From NCBI GenBank assembly GCA_034780895.1, contig JAUZTB010000135.1, positions 43,365,458-43,429,457 on the forward strand: 64,000 bases of DNA, given 5' to 3'. Each line of letters begins with the position of its first letter. Positions within the stretch are counted from its first letter, which is position 1. Below, piece after piece: positions 12,993 through 26,380 of the stretch. Made by a program: the position numbers and the translations under genes. The notes beneath the pieces are model-generated. The model did no database searches, was not told the DNA's origin, and worked only from the letters and a program-made list of their open reading frames with translations. This DNA is from Rhynchobatus australiae (lineage: Eukaryota).

Positions 12993-14089
12993 GTAAGGAA
13001 AAACCACTTTGGATTGTAAGCTCATCTTGGGGGTGGGTGGGGGGCTGAAGTAAGAGGATCGCTTGAGCCCAGNNNNNNNNNNNNNNNNNNNNNNNNNNNN
13101 NNNNNNNNNNNNNNNNNNNNNNNNNNNNNNNNNNNNNNNNNNNNNNNNNNNNNNNNNNNNNNNNNNNNNNNNNNNNNNNNNNNNNNNNNNNNNNNNNNNN
13201 NNNNNNNNNNNNNNNNNNNNNNNNNNNNNNNNNNNNNNNNNNNNNNNNNNNNNNNNNNNNNNNAGCTGCAAAATAATATAAAACCCATCACCAAGATTTG
13301 AAACCTGGAATTCACTGGTCAAAAACATCCTCCTTCCATGACAACTTTATTGACTCAAACATTTAAATTTGATTGAAATAGTTTGGAAAAATTGTTCTAG
13401 CCCACATGACTTCATATTTCCTTTTTGAGTGAATATTTTCTCAAGGTTTGTGTCTGGGTTGATTTTACTGCGTTCAAAAAAAATTGTGGGGATAGTGATA
13501 CGAATAAAGTTGGGCTCTAAAATGCTATACTACTTGTCAATTTAGTTTGTGCTGCTCACTGTCAAAGGTGCTTTGGTGATGTACACTGAAGATGCTCAGC
13601 AGCTGGAAAGCTTTAACCAAGTAAGAGTAAGGCTTCAGTATTGGGGGGGTGGGGAATGGCAGTTTAACAAAAAAAAATGTATTGATCAAATGTTTTAATT
13701 AGGACACTAATTCTAACTGATCCATAAGTTTCATGTGCATACTTTAATTGTTATAGTGCTGCCTCTTTAAAATAAAATAGCATTCTTATTGACTCTTGCT
13801 ACAAATCTAGGTCTCTTAAGAGAAGGCTGGGAGTCATTTTATGATGTGGGTTTTTTTTACCAGAGAGATTAATTCAAAAGCAATTGCCCAAGAGTGTCTT
13901 TTAACAATTCTAAGAATCAGCCTACAAAGTATGGGATAAGTTAGTTTTGGATTGCTTGAATCACAAGCCTTCAATTTATGGCAGGTGGAATGTGACTTGA
14001 TAATTGGTCAGTGTCCAATAACTATTTCTTAATTGATTTCTTGTGTAGGAAGCCTTGTGAGAATTTAAGAATAAAGTGAGTAGAGTTAA

Positions 14090-14960
14090 GAGTAGGATAA
14101 GTCTCTAAATAGTATCTGTAAATCATTGGCTTCTGTATACTCAATGACTTGAGTATGAATCCACAGTCCTCTGGGATAGAGACTGCCAAAGATCTGTAAT
14201 ATTCTATGTCCAGAAATTTATCATTCTCACCTTTTAATTGGCAACTCCTTGTACTGAGGCTATGCTGCTTGGCTCTAGATTCAACAAACAGTGAAAATAG
14301 TGTCTATCTTGTGAATCCTTCAAAATCTGGTACATCTTAGTGAGAGCACCCTTTCATTCTTTTGCACTCTAACAATTATAGGCCCATCCTACACAATCTT
14401 TACTTGGGAAATAACCCAGTCATTCCAGGAATCAATGTCTTGAACCTAGACTGCACTGCTTCATTGGCAAGTAACTTTTTTTCTTGGATGCAATGACCAC
14501 AGTTATACACAGATATGGTCTTGGGAAAAAGTACAGTGGAATAACAGTGGACTTCACTCTTGTACTCTACCTGGAGCAATAAAAGCCACTGTACAGTTTG
14601 CTTTTGCAATTGTTTGCCGTATTTGTATGTTAATAAAGTTTCATGGACTAGCACTTCTAGATTTGTACATCATGTACTAATTTATCATTTTTTTTAAACA
14701 AAAGTTGTTTTGCAATTCTTCCTTCCAAAATGGATAAGTCAAATTTTATTGCATTTTTCTCCCATTTGCCATTGACTTAATTTTGTACATCGGTGTATGT
14801 GAACTCTCCAACCTCATCACATCCCACGGTATCATCTAGTTTTGTAATTATAAAGCTTTAGACAGAATGTGAAGTCTGCCATTTAATATGGATTTTTAAA
14901 TGAATCGGTGCTGGGCAATCAGCTTTGTGTCACCCAAGGTAACTCTTGTCAACCTGAACC
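14090..14960 (-). mobile_element. Degenerate CR1 fragment
   Basis: ORF 14400-14654 ends EAVQSRFKTLIPGMTGL, similar to CR1 (ERVQRRFTRLIPGMAGL). Confidence 0.6.
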
Positions 14961-15892
14961 CATTGATTCTCTGCCCTTTAAACAATTCTCTACTCCTAAT
15001 GAAAAACTTCATATGAAATTTTTGTGTTAACAACATTTATGCAGCACTTTAACGTGCTTTTTGAAATTCTAGATGTATAGCTTTATTTACCCTGCTAGTT
15101 GTATCTTTAGAAAGGAACAATCCATATTAATTTTCAAAAAAGTAGTCTAAAATAATAAAAGAAGAATTGAACTTGTGTTGCACTTTAGAATTGTTTATGA
15201 AGGCTTCATATTTAGATTGTGTTTATAGTAGGGAGTGGGCAGCATTTTTTTCCTTCTAAACATTTGCCTGATGTGTGTAATCTTCCAAATGCCTAGTTTA
15301 CTTCCACTGGTAGGAAGTGATTTTTAAGTTACTCCCACACCATCAGAGGTAACTAATTTCAACAAAGGACACCTATCTTACCCAGATCTGAGTTGGTTTT
15401 ATTGTATTAAATGGCAATTTCGCATCTCATTTTGTAAAATCAATTTTAACTTCAACTCAGTCTTTGGATATGAAGAAGGAACAGTGTAAGATTTTAATGG
15501 CTGCAGGTACAGATTAATTTTTAAGTAGTTTTACTTATTCTGGTTCCATAGTCCTCAGATCTACTTTGAGTAACTCAAAAGTGGGAGTAGCTCAAAAGAA
15601 ATGTTTTTGTCATATGCTGAAAGAGTTGATATTTGAGCAAGTGTGGACTCAAAAGTATAATTATGCATTGTTTTTATGCAGTGACTTAACAAGCTTTATG
15701 CTGAAATTAGAAATTGTTAAGCATATGATTCCTGTCCTTTTTAAAGTTGTTGTTTCTAGCATAAAGCTTGATGTATTGATGTATTCAGTTTAGTAATTTA
15801 AATGATCTAGAGAGTAAATGTATTCCTTCTGGCCAAAAGGCAGTTACAAAGCAATTTTGGCAATAATAATAAAAAATGTTCTTTATTCTATT

Positions 15893-16100
15893 GCAACACA
15901 CGCAAAATGCTGGAGGAACTCAGCGGGTCAGGCAGCACCTAAGGAGGGAAATAAACAGTCAACATTTCGGGCCGAAACTCTTCANNNNNNNNNNNNNNNN
16001 NNNNNNNNNNNNNNNNNNNNNNNNNNNNNNNNNNNNNNNNNNNNAACATTTTGTAGGTGTTGCTCCAGATTCCAGCATCTGCAGAATCTCTTGGTTTCTT
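15893..16100. mobile_element. Penelope-like terminal-repeat-derived palindromic element
   Basis: acacacgcaaaatgctggaggaactcagcgggtcaggcagc...tttcgggccgaaactcttca, gap, then tgttgctccagattccagcatctgcag; an inverted arrangement typical of elasmobranch PLE-derived repeats. Confidence 0.7.
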
Positions 16101-18461
16101 TATTCTGTTGTTCCTGTTCTTCTTTGGATAGGCCCTGGTTTTAGATCAGAAAACCTGAAGGTGCTTCCCTTAGTTAACTAGGGTTAAAATCCACAAGACT
16201 GATGCTCCTAACAACAGATTACTCATCCTGTGTGTTCACTCATCACTAAAATATTTCACGTCTTTAGCTTTCAAGATTTGTTTGCATTTAAAGATCAGTC
16301 ATTTTTCTTAAAATAAAGGCTGGTTGTAAACCAATCTATTTTCTCATTTTAATTTGTAGGATGCAATGAAAAGCCTGATGGATGAGATTAAGTTGCATTG
16401 ATTTGAGCCACATGCATTACAGGACTCATTCCTGCCAAGGAATGAGTATTTGCAGTTGGGTAATAGTCGACTTGTGTAAAGATGGTTAAAAAGACATGAA
16501 TTGCTAATAGCTTGCTGATTAGATGGTTTGCTTGAAGGATTACAGATGTTACCCTCAGAGATGCATTTTGGTGTTGATGAAATTCAAGCCATGTAGCAAG
16601 AATCTAAAGCTAAATTTAAAATAAAAGAAACTAATAATTTTACAGCTTGATATATAAAATGCTTTCAGAAATTAAATAACTGATTTTTAACATGGCCTAA
16701 TTGTTTGACCTTTTGTATGATTTATGAATTCTACAACTTAAAAAAAACTTAAATAAATACAGGTTAATTTAAATCTCTTCCCTAATCTAAATTATACAGA
16801 TAAAAATAAATGTAAGCACACCTCATATTATTGTAAGGGGGGGGGTTGTTTAAATATTAATTGCATTAATTTTCATTTATTGACTGAGACAATCGACACA
16901 GAATTTTTTCCAAAGTACATATGTCTCGACAGTTAGAGTAGAATTCTTTGCTATAAGGATTTCTGGAAGGGCACACAGCCTTTTGATGTCATTTTGCTTT
17001 CAGTAATCATAAACTGGGTTTTAAGAAAAGTGCTATTTAAGTAAGATGTAGGCATCAAATGTTGTGCCCAATTTGAGTTGATTAATATTTTCTGAACTTG
17101 AATGCATATGTAGATTTAAAAATAACTAGACAATATTTTTCTCTACCCTCATCAATATTCCCTGTGTATGTTGGCTAAGGCCTGAGTGTCTGTTTTCTGG
17201 ATCATGGTGGTCTCTTGTCCATATGACAATATCCATTTATTGTTGATGTTCTAAATGAAATATTATCTCATTAATTGAGAGTGCATTGTTGCTGAGCTCA
17301 ATTGTGATTTCACCTGGAATGCATAAATAGCAGTTAATTTAATTGTGTGAAGGGGAAAATCTGTTCATTTATCTATTTTGTAAATGGAGATTTTGATATC
17401 TGTTACAAAAGGAATATCACTCAGTGCTGTCAGAGGACGTTATTTACATTGTTATGAAATTCATTGAGCTGTTGGGAGGCAAAAGTACCCATCTGTTTGT
17501 AATGGTAGTTCATTCCTTTAATTGCATAAGGGGTAAATCAACACCTGATCTTTTTTTGCACAATTTGTGCTCTAATCTGTAGCGTGGGTAAAATGAATTT
17601 AAAAAAGTTGTATCTACTGCATCATGCATTCATGCTTAAATTATTTTGCACCATTTTGCGATGATTCAGCCATTGGGGGAAAAAAATTTGCATTAATGTA
17701 GATTTTACCTTGTCAAATGTACAGTTTAGTGAGCATGTAGATGCTGAGGTTTATGGCTCCAAAAAGTAAAGGTTTTTGTCCTAATTGAAATAGTGTAGTA
17801 CATTAGGCTGCATGTAATTGCTGGAAATGAAACCCATTTCCCAAGTGATACCCAGTGTGTCCTACAGCATAAATATTGGTACTTTCTGGCCTCATTAGTT
17901 ATATATTCCTAATTAACTGCATATGTTCTGCTTAAGGTATTTCTGATAATTTCAGCAGTATGACTAACCTGAAGCCTTGTAATGGAAAAGAGATTTCAAT
18001 TCCAAGGCTTAATGTTGTCTGAGATTATAGTAAACCTTTCAAGGATGGGCAAGCGACATTATTCTTTTCTAAAATCCAGCTGGCAACTCCACAAATATTT
18101 GTATTGCTGCTTGTTTTTCAGCACAGTTATAGATATTGATATTTCAACATCAGAATTCATCTACAGCTAGTACTTTGAGCAACATAATGTTGGATGCCAT
18201 TTCTTGCGTGAAGATATTGTGCCGCTTTATTCTGTTTCCACACTTGCTCTTACTTTTCCTTTTGCATAAACAAGGGATGTTACAGTCCCCAGAGCTGATT
18301 TTGTTTCTTTGCTGATCATCACAATTTTAAAGCAGTCTCTGACTTCAAAACTACAGACATACTTGAAATAAACCGTACAAATCTAACATAACACTGAAGT
18401 CTGAGACTGTTAACCACCAAGCTGTCTCAAATGAGTCTGCAGTTAAATCAGTGTGTACACT

Positions 18462-18479
18462 GTGTGTGTGTGTGTGTGT
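18462..18479. repeat. (TG)n microsatellite
   Basis: tgtgtgtgtgtgtgtgtg seen directly. Confidence 0.9.
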
Positions 18480-19196
18480 AAATTTCAGATTCAGTTGTCA
18501 ATCAGAGCCTTTTTTTGACAGTGGCAGAGATATCTTTGATCATATCCATTTATTTCAGCTTTTAAATAATAACATTTGAAATTCCATGTCCTGCTTAACA
18601 ATTTGCATTTAAAAAAAATCCCATTGCAATGCATCTTGTCTGGCCCTCTTGGGACATTTCTGAGAATCCTTTTGTGACTGGCCACTTAAACTTGAATACA
18701 AATTTAAATTCTATGCTGGCAATTAAGTAACTTTTTTTTTGAATTAATACCATTCATCCATCACATCAATTATTTGTCCTATCTGCCTTTTAAGAAGATT
18801 GGAGAAGCATGCAAAAAGATGCAGCTATCTGATTGAATTTGCATTGGCATACAAACACTGGGTTAGTACATAGATTTCGGACCATATAAGTCAAGGCCTG
18901 TAAAATAAGATGCTTAGTTTGTTTACAGGAGTGACAAAACATCCAAATGAAAGAAGAAATCTATTGCTGACACATTTTGTAATACTAGAGCCTACTTGCA
19001 CTAATTTTGACAATTGGGGAAAATGACTCTAGAGGTTTGTATGATTTGGTGAATGAGTCAAGAATCTGAACTCTGAGAAACTTTCAGGAGAGATGTGATT
19101 TAATTATAGTCAGGATTTTGATGTCCATTGCAAGCTAGGAGGGGTCTACAGTGAATTTATCAGGCAGACAATCAATACATTTTTATCTTTTTGCAG

Positions 19197-19405
19197 TTAT
19201 GCAGTGATAGCATTTGGCTGTGCCAGCTGTCCAAAACTGACTTGTGCCCGAGAAGGATGTGGCACTGAGTTCTGTTACCACTGTAAGCAAATATGGCATC
19301 CAAATCAGACTTGTGATGCAGCACGTCAACAGAGAGCACAGAGCTTACGGTTAAGAACAATACGTTCTTCGTCAATCAGCTACAGTCAAGAATCTGGTGC
19401 AGCCG
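19197..19405 (+). CDS. RNF19A: RNF19A exon 3 (IBR domain)
   Basis: ttttgcag|T TAT GCA GTG... encodes [69 protein letters not shown]. Donor G|gtacag; 209 bp; phase matches exon 2. Confidence 0.95.
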
Positions 19406-21536
19406 GTACAGAAAACTGGACACTTCGTAGATACGTTCAGGATGAGATTACAGGAAGAAAGGGGTTGCCTGAAATAAACAGTCTGCTGGTCAATCAAATT
19501 TTGCCATCTCGTTCTACAGGTAATAACAATGTATTTAATTTGTGGCTTCTAGAATTGTTGACTGATTTACCAGTTTGGGTAATATCACAAATTATATAAA
19601 TTTTAATGTTCTTTCTCCCAACCAGCCCATGAACAATTGTAATGTGAATTTTCCTATCTGATTTTTGTTTTATTGACAGAGGGGGGACTATTTTGCCACC
19701 AGCACTTCAGATGGGACCTTTTCCTTTCTTTGAAATTATCCTAATTCACAGCATTTTGGTAGTGTTTGTATGAATATCAATATTTCAGAATTGATTGTAA
19801 ATGGCTTATAAACATAAGTGCCTGCTTAGGGAATGCCCCTGTCTGCAATTGGATTCCTACATCTGTCCATAATTAGGCTTGGTTATCACCCTGTGAAATC
19901 AAGATCACAGATTCTATGCACAAAATAACTCATTAAATGCTGCTGCAGCTCTCTGGGCTTAAAAGAATAAGGTTGATTTTTGAATTGAGAAAACTGTACA
20001 AGGCATTCGGTTAGATTCTGTCTTGTAAGTTTCTTTCTGCATTGGTGAATCTGTTATTTGTTCAAAGTTTTAGCTCTTTCTATTGATGGTGCCGTCAAAA
20101 ACCACGCTTTGAAAGCTACAGGTATTCATGACTTTTGTCAGTTTTTCCAAGTAAAGTTGCTTCCATGTTGTCACAAGTTACAAATCATTTGTTGAATGAT
20201 AAAATATGTCCAAGTAATAAGAGCAAATTTTATCTTGTGGACATCAAATGGTTGATGCCATTGCACAGCCCACCCAGTGGCCCTTGTTGGGAAGTCTCGG
20301 CAGTTCTGTTTGATTGATGTGATGAAAGCAATCGTTGGGATGAGTGGTTAATCAGGTTGTTCCATAGAGCTGAGCTAGAAATATTGAGTTGAAGGTGTTG
20401 GAATGAGGAGGAGTGGTGGGGACAGGGGCTATAAGAACCATGAAAAATCTTTTTCTAATTTGATTTGTTTTGCAGTAGCTCAATCTATTGTCTTGAGGCA
20501 ATAGATGTATAAGGCGTGATACAGTACATATTCATTTGTATCTGTTAAAATTTAGCATAGAATTTTGTAGCATAGAAACAGGCCATTCAACCCAACCACT
20601 CATGGTGTTCATGTCCACACAAGCCATCTGCCATTCTTGCTTCATGTTGCATTGCTTTTAAAGTCATTTGCTCTACTTGTGTCAAATGTTCTATTTTGTA
20701 GCAAGTCCATGTTCTACCAGCTTTCAGTGAATTTTAAATTACATTTATAATTACGGTCCCTAGTTTTTGGAATACCACAAGCTCCCCTGATTTGGACAGC
20801 TGGCCACCCATTTGAAGGCTCAAGAGAATACTGGCAGGTGGAATTTGAATCTGTATTAAATGCAGCCACTTAGTTTCTAGAGTATAGCTGTCCATATCCA
20901 CCTGGAATGGACTGCAAGTATTTGCTGTTTGCACATAATGAAACACACTGTAGAATCTTGGTCTTTGTAGATAAAATGCTGAATAATGGAAGCTCACTTT
21001 TCGGCATTGAACATTATGTTCTGTTCATGTCATAGTTATTAGTTTTGTAATTAATTTTCAGCATATTCAGACCTAGCCTGTAATCATTTTCAATGTTGAA
21101 ATTGTTTGTGATTTAATCCTAAAGCTTTATTTCAGGTAAAAAAAAAAGAAAAGAAAAGNNNNNNNNNNNNNNNNNNNNNNNNNNNNNNNNNNNNNNNNNN
21201 NNNNNNNNNNNNNNNNNNNNNNNNNNNNNNNNNNNNNNNNNNNNNNNNNNNNNNNNNNNNNNNNNNNNNNNNNNNNNNNNNNNNNNNNNNNNNNNNNNNN
21301 NNNNNNNNNNNNNNNNNNNNNNNNNNNNNNNNNNNNNNNNNNNNNNNNNNNNNNNNNNNNNNNNNNNNNNNNNNNNNNNNNNNNNNNNNNNNNNNNNNNN
21401 NNNNNNNNNNNNNNNNNNNNNNNNNNNNNNNNNNNNNNNNNNNNNNNNNNNNNNNNNNNNNNNNNNNNNNNNNNNNNNNNNNNNNNNNNNNNNNNNNNNN
21501 NNNNNNNNNNNNNNNNNNNNNNNNNNNNNNNNNNNN

Positions 21537-21599
21537 TGTATGTGGTTGTGAGTTCTGCTGGCTTTGTATGAAAGAAATCTCTGACCTACATTATTTAAG
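21537..21599 (+). CDS. RNF19A: RNF19A exon 4 (RING2); only the 3' part is visible, the 5' part lies in the N-gap
   Basis: After the gap: VCGCEFCWLCMKEISDLHYL, then AG|gtaagc donor at 21600. Confidence 0.93.
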
Positions 21600-23830
21600 G
21601 TAAGCAGAGAACAATTGTATCTTGAAAATCTGATGATTAGAGAATGGTAGATATATTAGGATAGAGTGCCTTTAACAAGGTGTCTCAAAGGAAACTAAAT
21701 TTCATCCAAGCTCTTCTAGGAGACGTTAGAAAAGATGAGCAAGAACTTAAGTCAAAATTTTAAGGACCCTCTTTGAGGAGGAAAGGTTTTCAGGGATGCG
21801 GTTTCAGATTTGACTTCAAATAACTGGTGAAATGGCTGCTAATGATGGAGTGAAGAAAATCAGGGACATGTATGAGATCGGAATTACATCTGCTCAGAAG
21901 ATCCGAGGGTTTGTAAGCTGGAAGAGGTTTAGTGAAGGGGAGGAGATGTAACTTAAGGCACTGGTGGTATGAAAGTTAATGTTGCTTAATAGCCAGAGTC
22001 TCAATATTGTTCAGGTTTTCTAGCCTTAAAATATACAACACATTCTCTGAATATATTAAAGGAACTATAGTTGCACTTTGGGTTCAGTGGCAAAAGTAGA
22101 ATCCTTGACAGTGACTTTGAAGAAAAGTTCTGAAAACGTGGCATGACTTAGTCTGTGCTATGGACAGTGGATTTGATGCATTCAGCAATCTAAGCAATCA
22201 ATTAGATTGAAGAATCAGNNNNNNNNNNGCTTGGGTTTCACAGAAAACAAAGGCAGACGTCAAGTAGCAACTGAAATCTCAACAATATAGAATAATAATT
22301 TTATCTTAAGATCTAATGGAATTTTCTCCTCCTTAGTCTGGGGAACTAAAGCCAGTTATAGATATCCAGCAGCTGTTTCTAGATGTACAGCTTTGAAATT
22401 TAACTTGGAATCTTCTGGCCTATGCTTTGATTAATTTTTCTTTTGCTAGCAAAGGCATTGTGACAGCATTGCTATGTAGTATACTGGTATTTTTTTTTGG
22501 AAATCCTTTTGGCTTCCTACTTCAAATGCCATACAAAAGTGGTAATGTCATTGAAATTGCTNNNNNNNNNNNNNNNNNNNTTTAAGATTTGAAATGACAT
22601 TTTGTGCCTTGAAACTTGTGGTTCTCATAACAGGCTGTGGCTATTTGCTCTGGTTTGAGCAAGGAGCTGAGCTGAGAATATTCTTCCTATAGTTGAAGAG
22701 TTAGCTACCTTGCTGTCTGCATTAAACTATGCCTGTTGCCATTTTTTGCAGTGTATACTTGGGCAACTATGCCACAGGGAAAAAATTGGAAGATGATTTC
22801 TTCTCCATTTGGTAGGAGAGGAAAAAAAATGAGGGAACTTCACAGGTTAGAATGAAAGTATTGACCAGGCAAGTGTCACCTTCCTATTAGGGCAGCCATA
22901 TCTGAAATGCCTTATCTGAAGCAAGGAGACACGATACCTTTACTTGGTATTGTCTCCTGGGGTCCAGCTTCTAATTCCAGATTGATGCCAGCTGTAACTG
23001 GTTGGGGGATCAACCAGTATTCCAGTTTTGAAGTCGTCTTAATTCAAATGTTTTTACTGAACGGAAGTTTTGGGTCACCTCAAAATTAGCAGCTCCTTCT
23101 TACTGTTTTGTTTTAAATCACTGGTAAAGGAGTGTGGAGAACAACAGGAAATGGAAACTAATGAAATCTTGATTTGAGGCATGAAGTGGAAACCTACAAA
23201 AAAGAATTGCGATTAAAATTCTTCATTGTGAGCAGTCAAACGGGAAAACAAGCCAGATTTTAAAGCATTTCATAATTACCATAATTTGGCCTGAACAGAA
23301 GAAGCATCAAGCTCTTTCAGTTGATGACTGTGTAAATACCATTAATATGACTGTTCTCTGTTACTTGATAGGAAATGATTGGAGTGCTTTACTTGTTAGT
23401 TTTAGTTGCTATACTTAAGATTTCATGATCAGCTGAATGCAGTTTGGCATCCTAATCTAATTCAATGGTTGAATGAGTCTGACTGCAAATTTAACAAACT
23501 CAAATTCTGCTTGTGGAATAGTTGTAATGGTTCAAATTATCTCTGAAACTTGCACTTAATTCAAGAATTATATAGCTGTCCTATGTATAATTCACTTCCT
23601 TGAAAAGTCAATTTATTTCTCCTCCCAAGCAAATTGCATTGACCATGGATTTCAATTGTCAAAAGGATATTGCATTTTGTGGCATTTGATTATTTTGAGT
23701 ACCTGTATTTCATTGTCTGCTATTAAGTGGGTAGGCTTTCAGGAAATATTTTTATTTTCGGTTGTGCAGTCTACTCAATTGATTTGTCCTACAGTTTTGT
23801 TTTTAGCATCTTGATTTTGTCTCTCTTCAG

Positions 23831-23993
23831 TCCTTCTGGCTGCACATTTTGGGGAAAGAAGCCTTGGAGTCGTAAAAAGAAGATCCTATGGCAGCTTGGC
23901 ACGTTAGTTGGTGCTCCAGTAGGAATAGCACTCATTGCAGGAATTGCCATTCCAGCTATGATCATTGGGATTCCTGTATATGTAGGCCGCAAG
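23831..23993 (+). CDS. RNF19A: RNF19A exon 5 (first hydrophobic/TM segment)
   Basis: ctctcttcag|T CCT TCT... encodes [55 protein letters not shown]. Donor AAG|gtacag; 163 bp. Confidence 0.96.
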
Positions 23994-26059
23994 GTACAGT
24001 ATTTATGTTGATGTTTAAAGTGCTCTGATGCATGTTAATTTAGAAACATGTATGTTTTTAATTGCAAGTATATTTTCTTGTTAGCANNNNNNNNNNTAAG
24101 TCATGAATCTAAACTAGGATAACTATTAAATAACTGACGTCAGTTGAGGTGTCCTGATCAATAAGCATTATGAATGTTCTTGTGTGATTAGATATTCCAT
24201 CCCCATGGATGTGACTTTTTTTTCAAAGTTTAATGAATTTTTTTGGTGGATTTGATTTTTTTTATTTGGGGGAGGATGAGAAGACAGGAAGGATTTGTGT
24301 AGCGAGAAGAAAACCCATTCATATTCTTGAGGAGCAGAGAAAGTGTTTGCAAAATTTATAGGTGACTCTTGCAGTTTTTAAGAAACATTCCAAATTCCTC
24401 ATTTTTGCACAGTGAGCGAGATTTTACACTGTTCCATTTTTTCAGCTGACCTCACACTTTCAGTTGCAAGAAATGTAGCACTGCTAGCAATTCAGGATTA
24501 TTGTGACACTGACAAGTACTTGCCATGGCATAGAATTAACTATTTGTATAACTATTAAAAATATTTGAGGCCCATTCTAAATTTGAATTAAAATTTAATA
24601 CATCCCCTAATAAATTAAATTTCAAAACAGTATTGCTCCCAGTTGACACTGCAGTGAAGCCCATAAAAATATGTATTTTAAAAGTCTTACCTTCAGTTTA
24701 CCATAAGGCAGTGCCACAGAAACAGTGGTGATTAAGTTAACAGTTAGGATCCACAAAAAACCTTTGACTGTATTGTGCATGCCTTTTATTTGGACTAGCC
24801 AGCTGAAGATGGATGCTTGAAATGCATGTAGAATAAAACTCAACAAATCATCAAAATGACCTCAAAGTCTCTTGTTAGCATGGATCCCTTTCCATGAAGC
24901 TTTAAGAACTTCCCTCAAATCTTCAAGAACTTCCCTCTGAACTGCTTGAAACTAGTCACAACTGACTAGGAAGCTCTGTAGGGATAGAATGGAACTGCAT
25001 AAAGTTGAAGTATTTATGGTGTGAGCTTTGGGGTCCTAAGCAACTAACACGACCTGCGGAGTTCTTTATAAGGCATGCGTACACATTATATGATTTGAGA
25101 GCATGTCGGTTGTGATATTGCTTTTCCACATGAGATCCAGAGGTAATCCAGTTTATTCAGAACTTTACTATCTTTTCTGATTGGGAGCCATGTGAATACT
25201 TGATAATTTATTCTCATAGCATTCAGATTGGTGCACAAATGAGCTTTGAATTGACTACCTCTGTACATTCAAAAATTTTGCAGTTCCAAACTTCCAAAGT
25301 ATCCCAGAAGCGATGACAATATTTCAAATGCAATTTAACTTTTGAATTCCCTGGTTTTAAAGGAAATTGGAATTACCAAATATTACCAGCATTATTTAAA
25401 AAAAAAGTTATTCTATNNNNNNNNNNNNNNNNNNNNNNNNNNNNNNNNNNNNNNNNNNNNNNNNNNNNNNNNNNNNNNNNNNNNNNNNNNNNNNNNNNNN
25501 NNNNNNNNNNNNNNNNTACATCTGCAGATTCTTACATGAACACATTACAGTCTGTGGAGTAATTTGTTATCATATTAATGTAGTACTCTTGGTGCTCCTT
25601 TTCTCAAAGATGGGGACTGAAGCATTTCAAAAAGTGCATATTTAACTATAATTTGACATCTGGTTGTAAACAGTTTTTCCACTAGAAACAATCTGATATT
25701 GAATCTAACAAATCCTTCACCGTTTTAAAAGGAATGCTCCTCAGTAACATATCAGATGTGGATGTCCTATCAAATGAGCTTTAAGTGTTCTTTGTGGGTT
25801 GAAGTGTTCAGAGGAATATTTGGATTGACTGGAAAAGACAGACTCCCGATTTGAAAAGCACTGAGGTTGAATTTTGCAATTTTTAGTCTTCAGTGTGACA
25901 AGTTTGAGCAAAACAGATATGGGAGACTTGGCAGGATTTTTTTTAAAGAAACGTCCCTTTACAATGCTTTTTCGATGAGGAAATGTGGAAGTGAAAGAGG
26001 ATGTTGCAAGCCCAGAGTTTTCTTTTGACAGATCAGTGAATTTTAAGCAGGATTGTTAC

Positions 26060-26380
26060 TTTTATTCATCTTTTGGGATTGCTAGCAAGACCAGCACTAT
26101 TTGCCAAAGAATGGCTTGCTGGGTTGTTTCATTTAAGAGTCAATCATATTGGTGGGTATGGAGTTGCAAGTAACCCAGACAGGGCAAGGATGGAAGCCTT
26201 CCTTCTAGAAGGATGCTAGTGAATCAGGCAATCTGATAGTTTTATGGTCTTTACCAATGACTAGATTTTAAATTCCAGATAAATTCGACAGCCATGTTGG
26301 GATTTGAACCCTTTTCTCTGGAATGTTAATCCAGGCCACAGGATTACTTTTCTGATAATTTAACTGCTGCATCACTGTCA
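26060..26380 (-). mobile_element. SacSINE/L2-tail-like fragment
   Basis: atttaagagtcaatcatattg...ggcaaggatgg...gggatttgaaccc (tRNA B-box reverse complement). Confidence 0.55.

Noticed and set aside
12423-12995. Antisense ORFs overlapping RNF19A exons (also 23789-23992, 40058-40267, 46511-46786)
   Set aside because: Shadow ORFs of real coding sequence, with no independent homology or splice support.
24904-24938. aagaacttccctc repeated twice
   Set aside because: Short local tandem duplication with only two units; no array structure.
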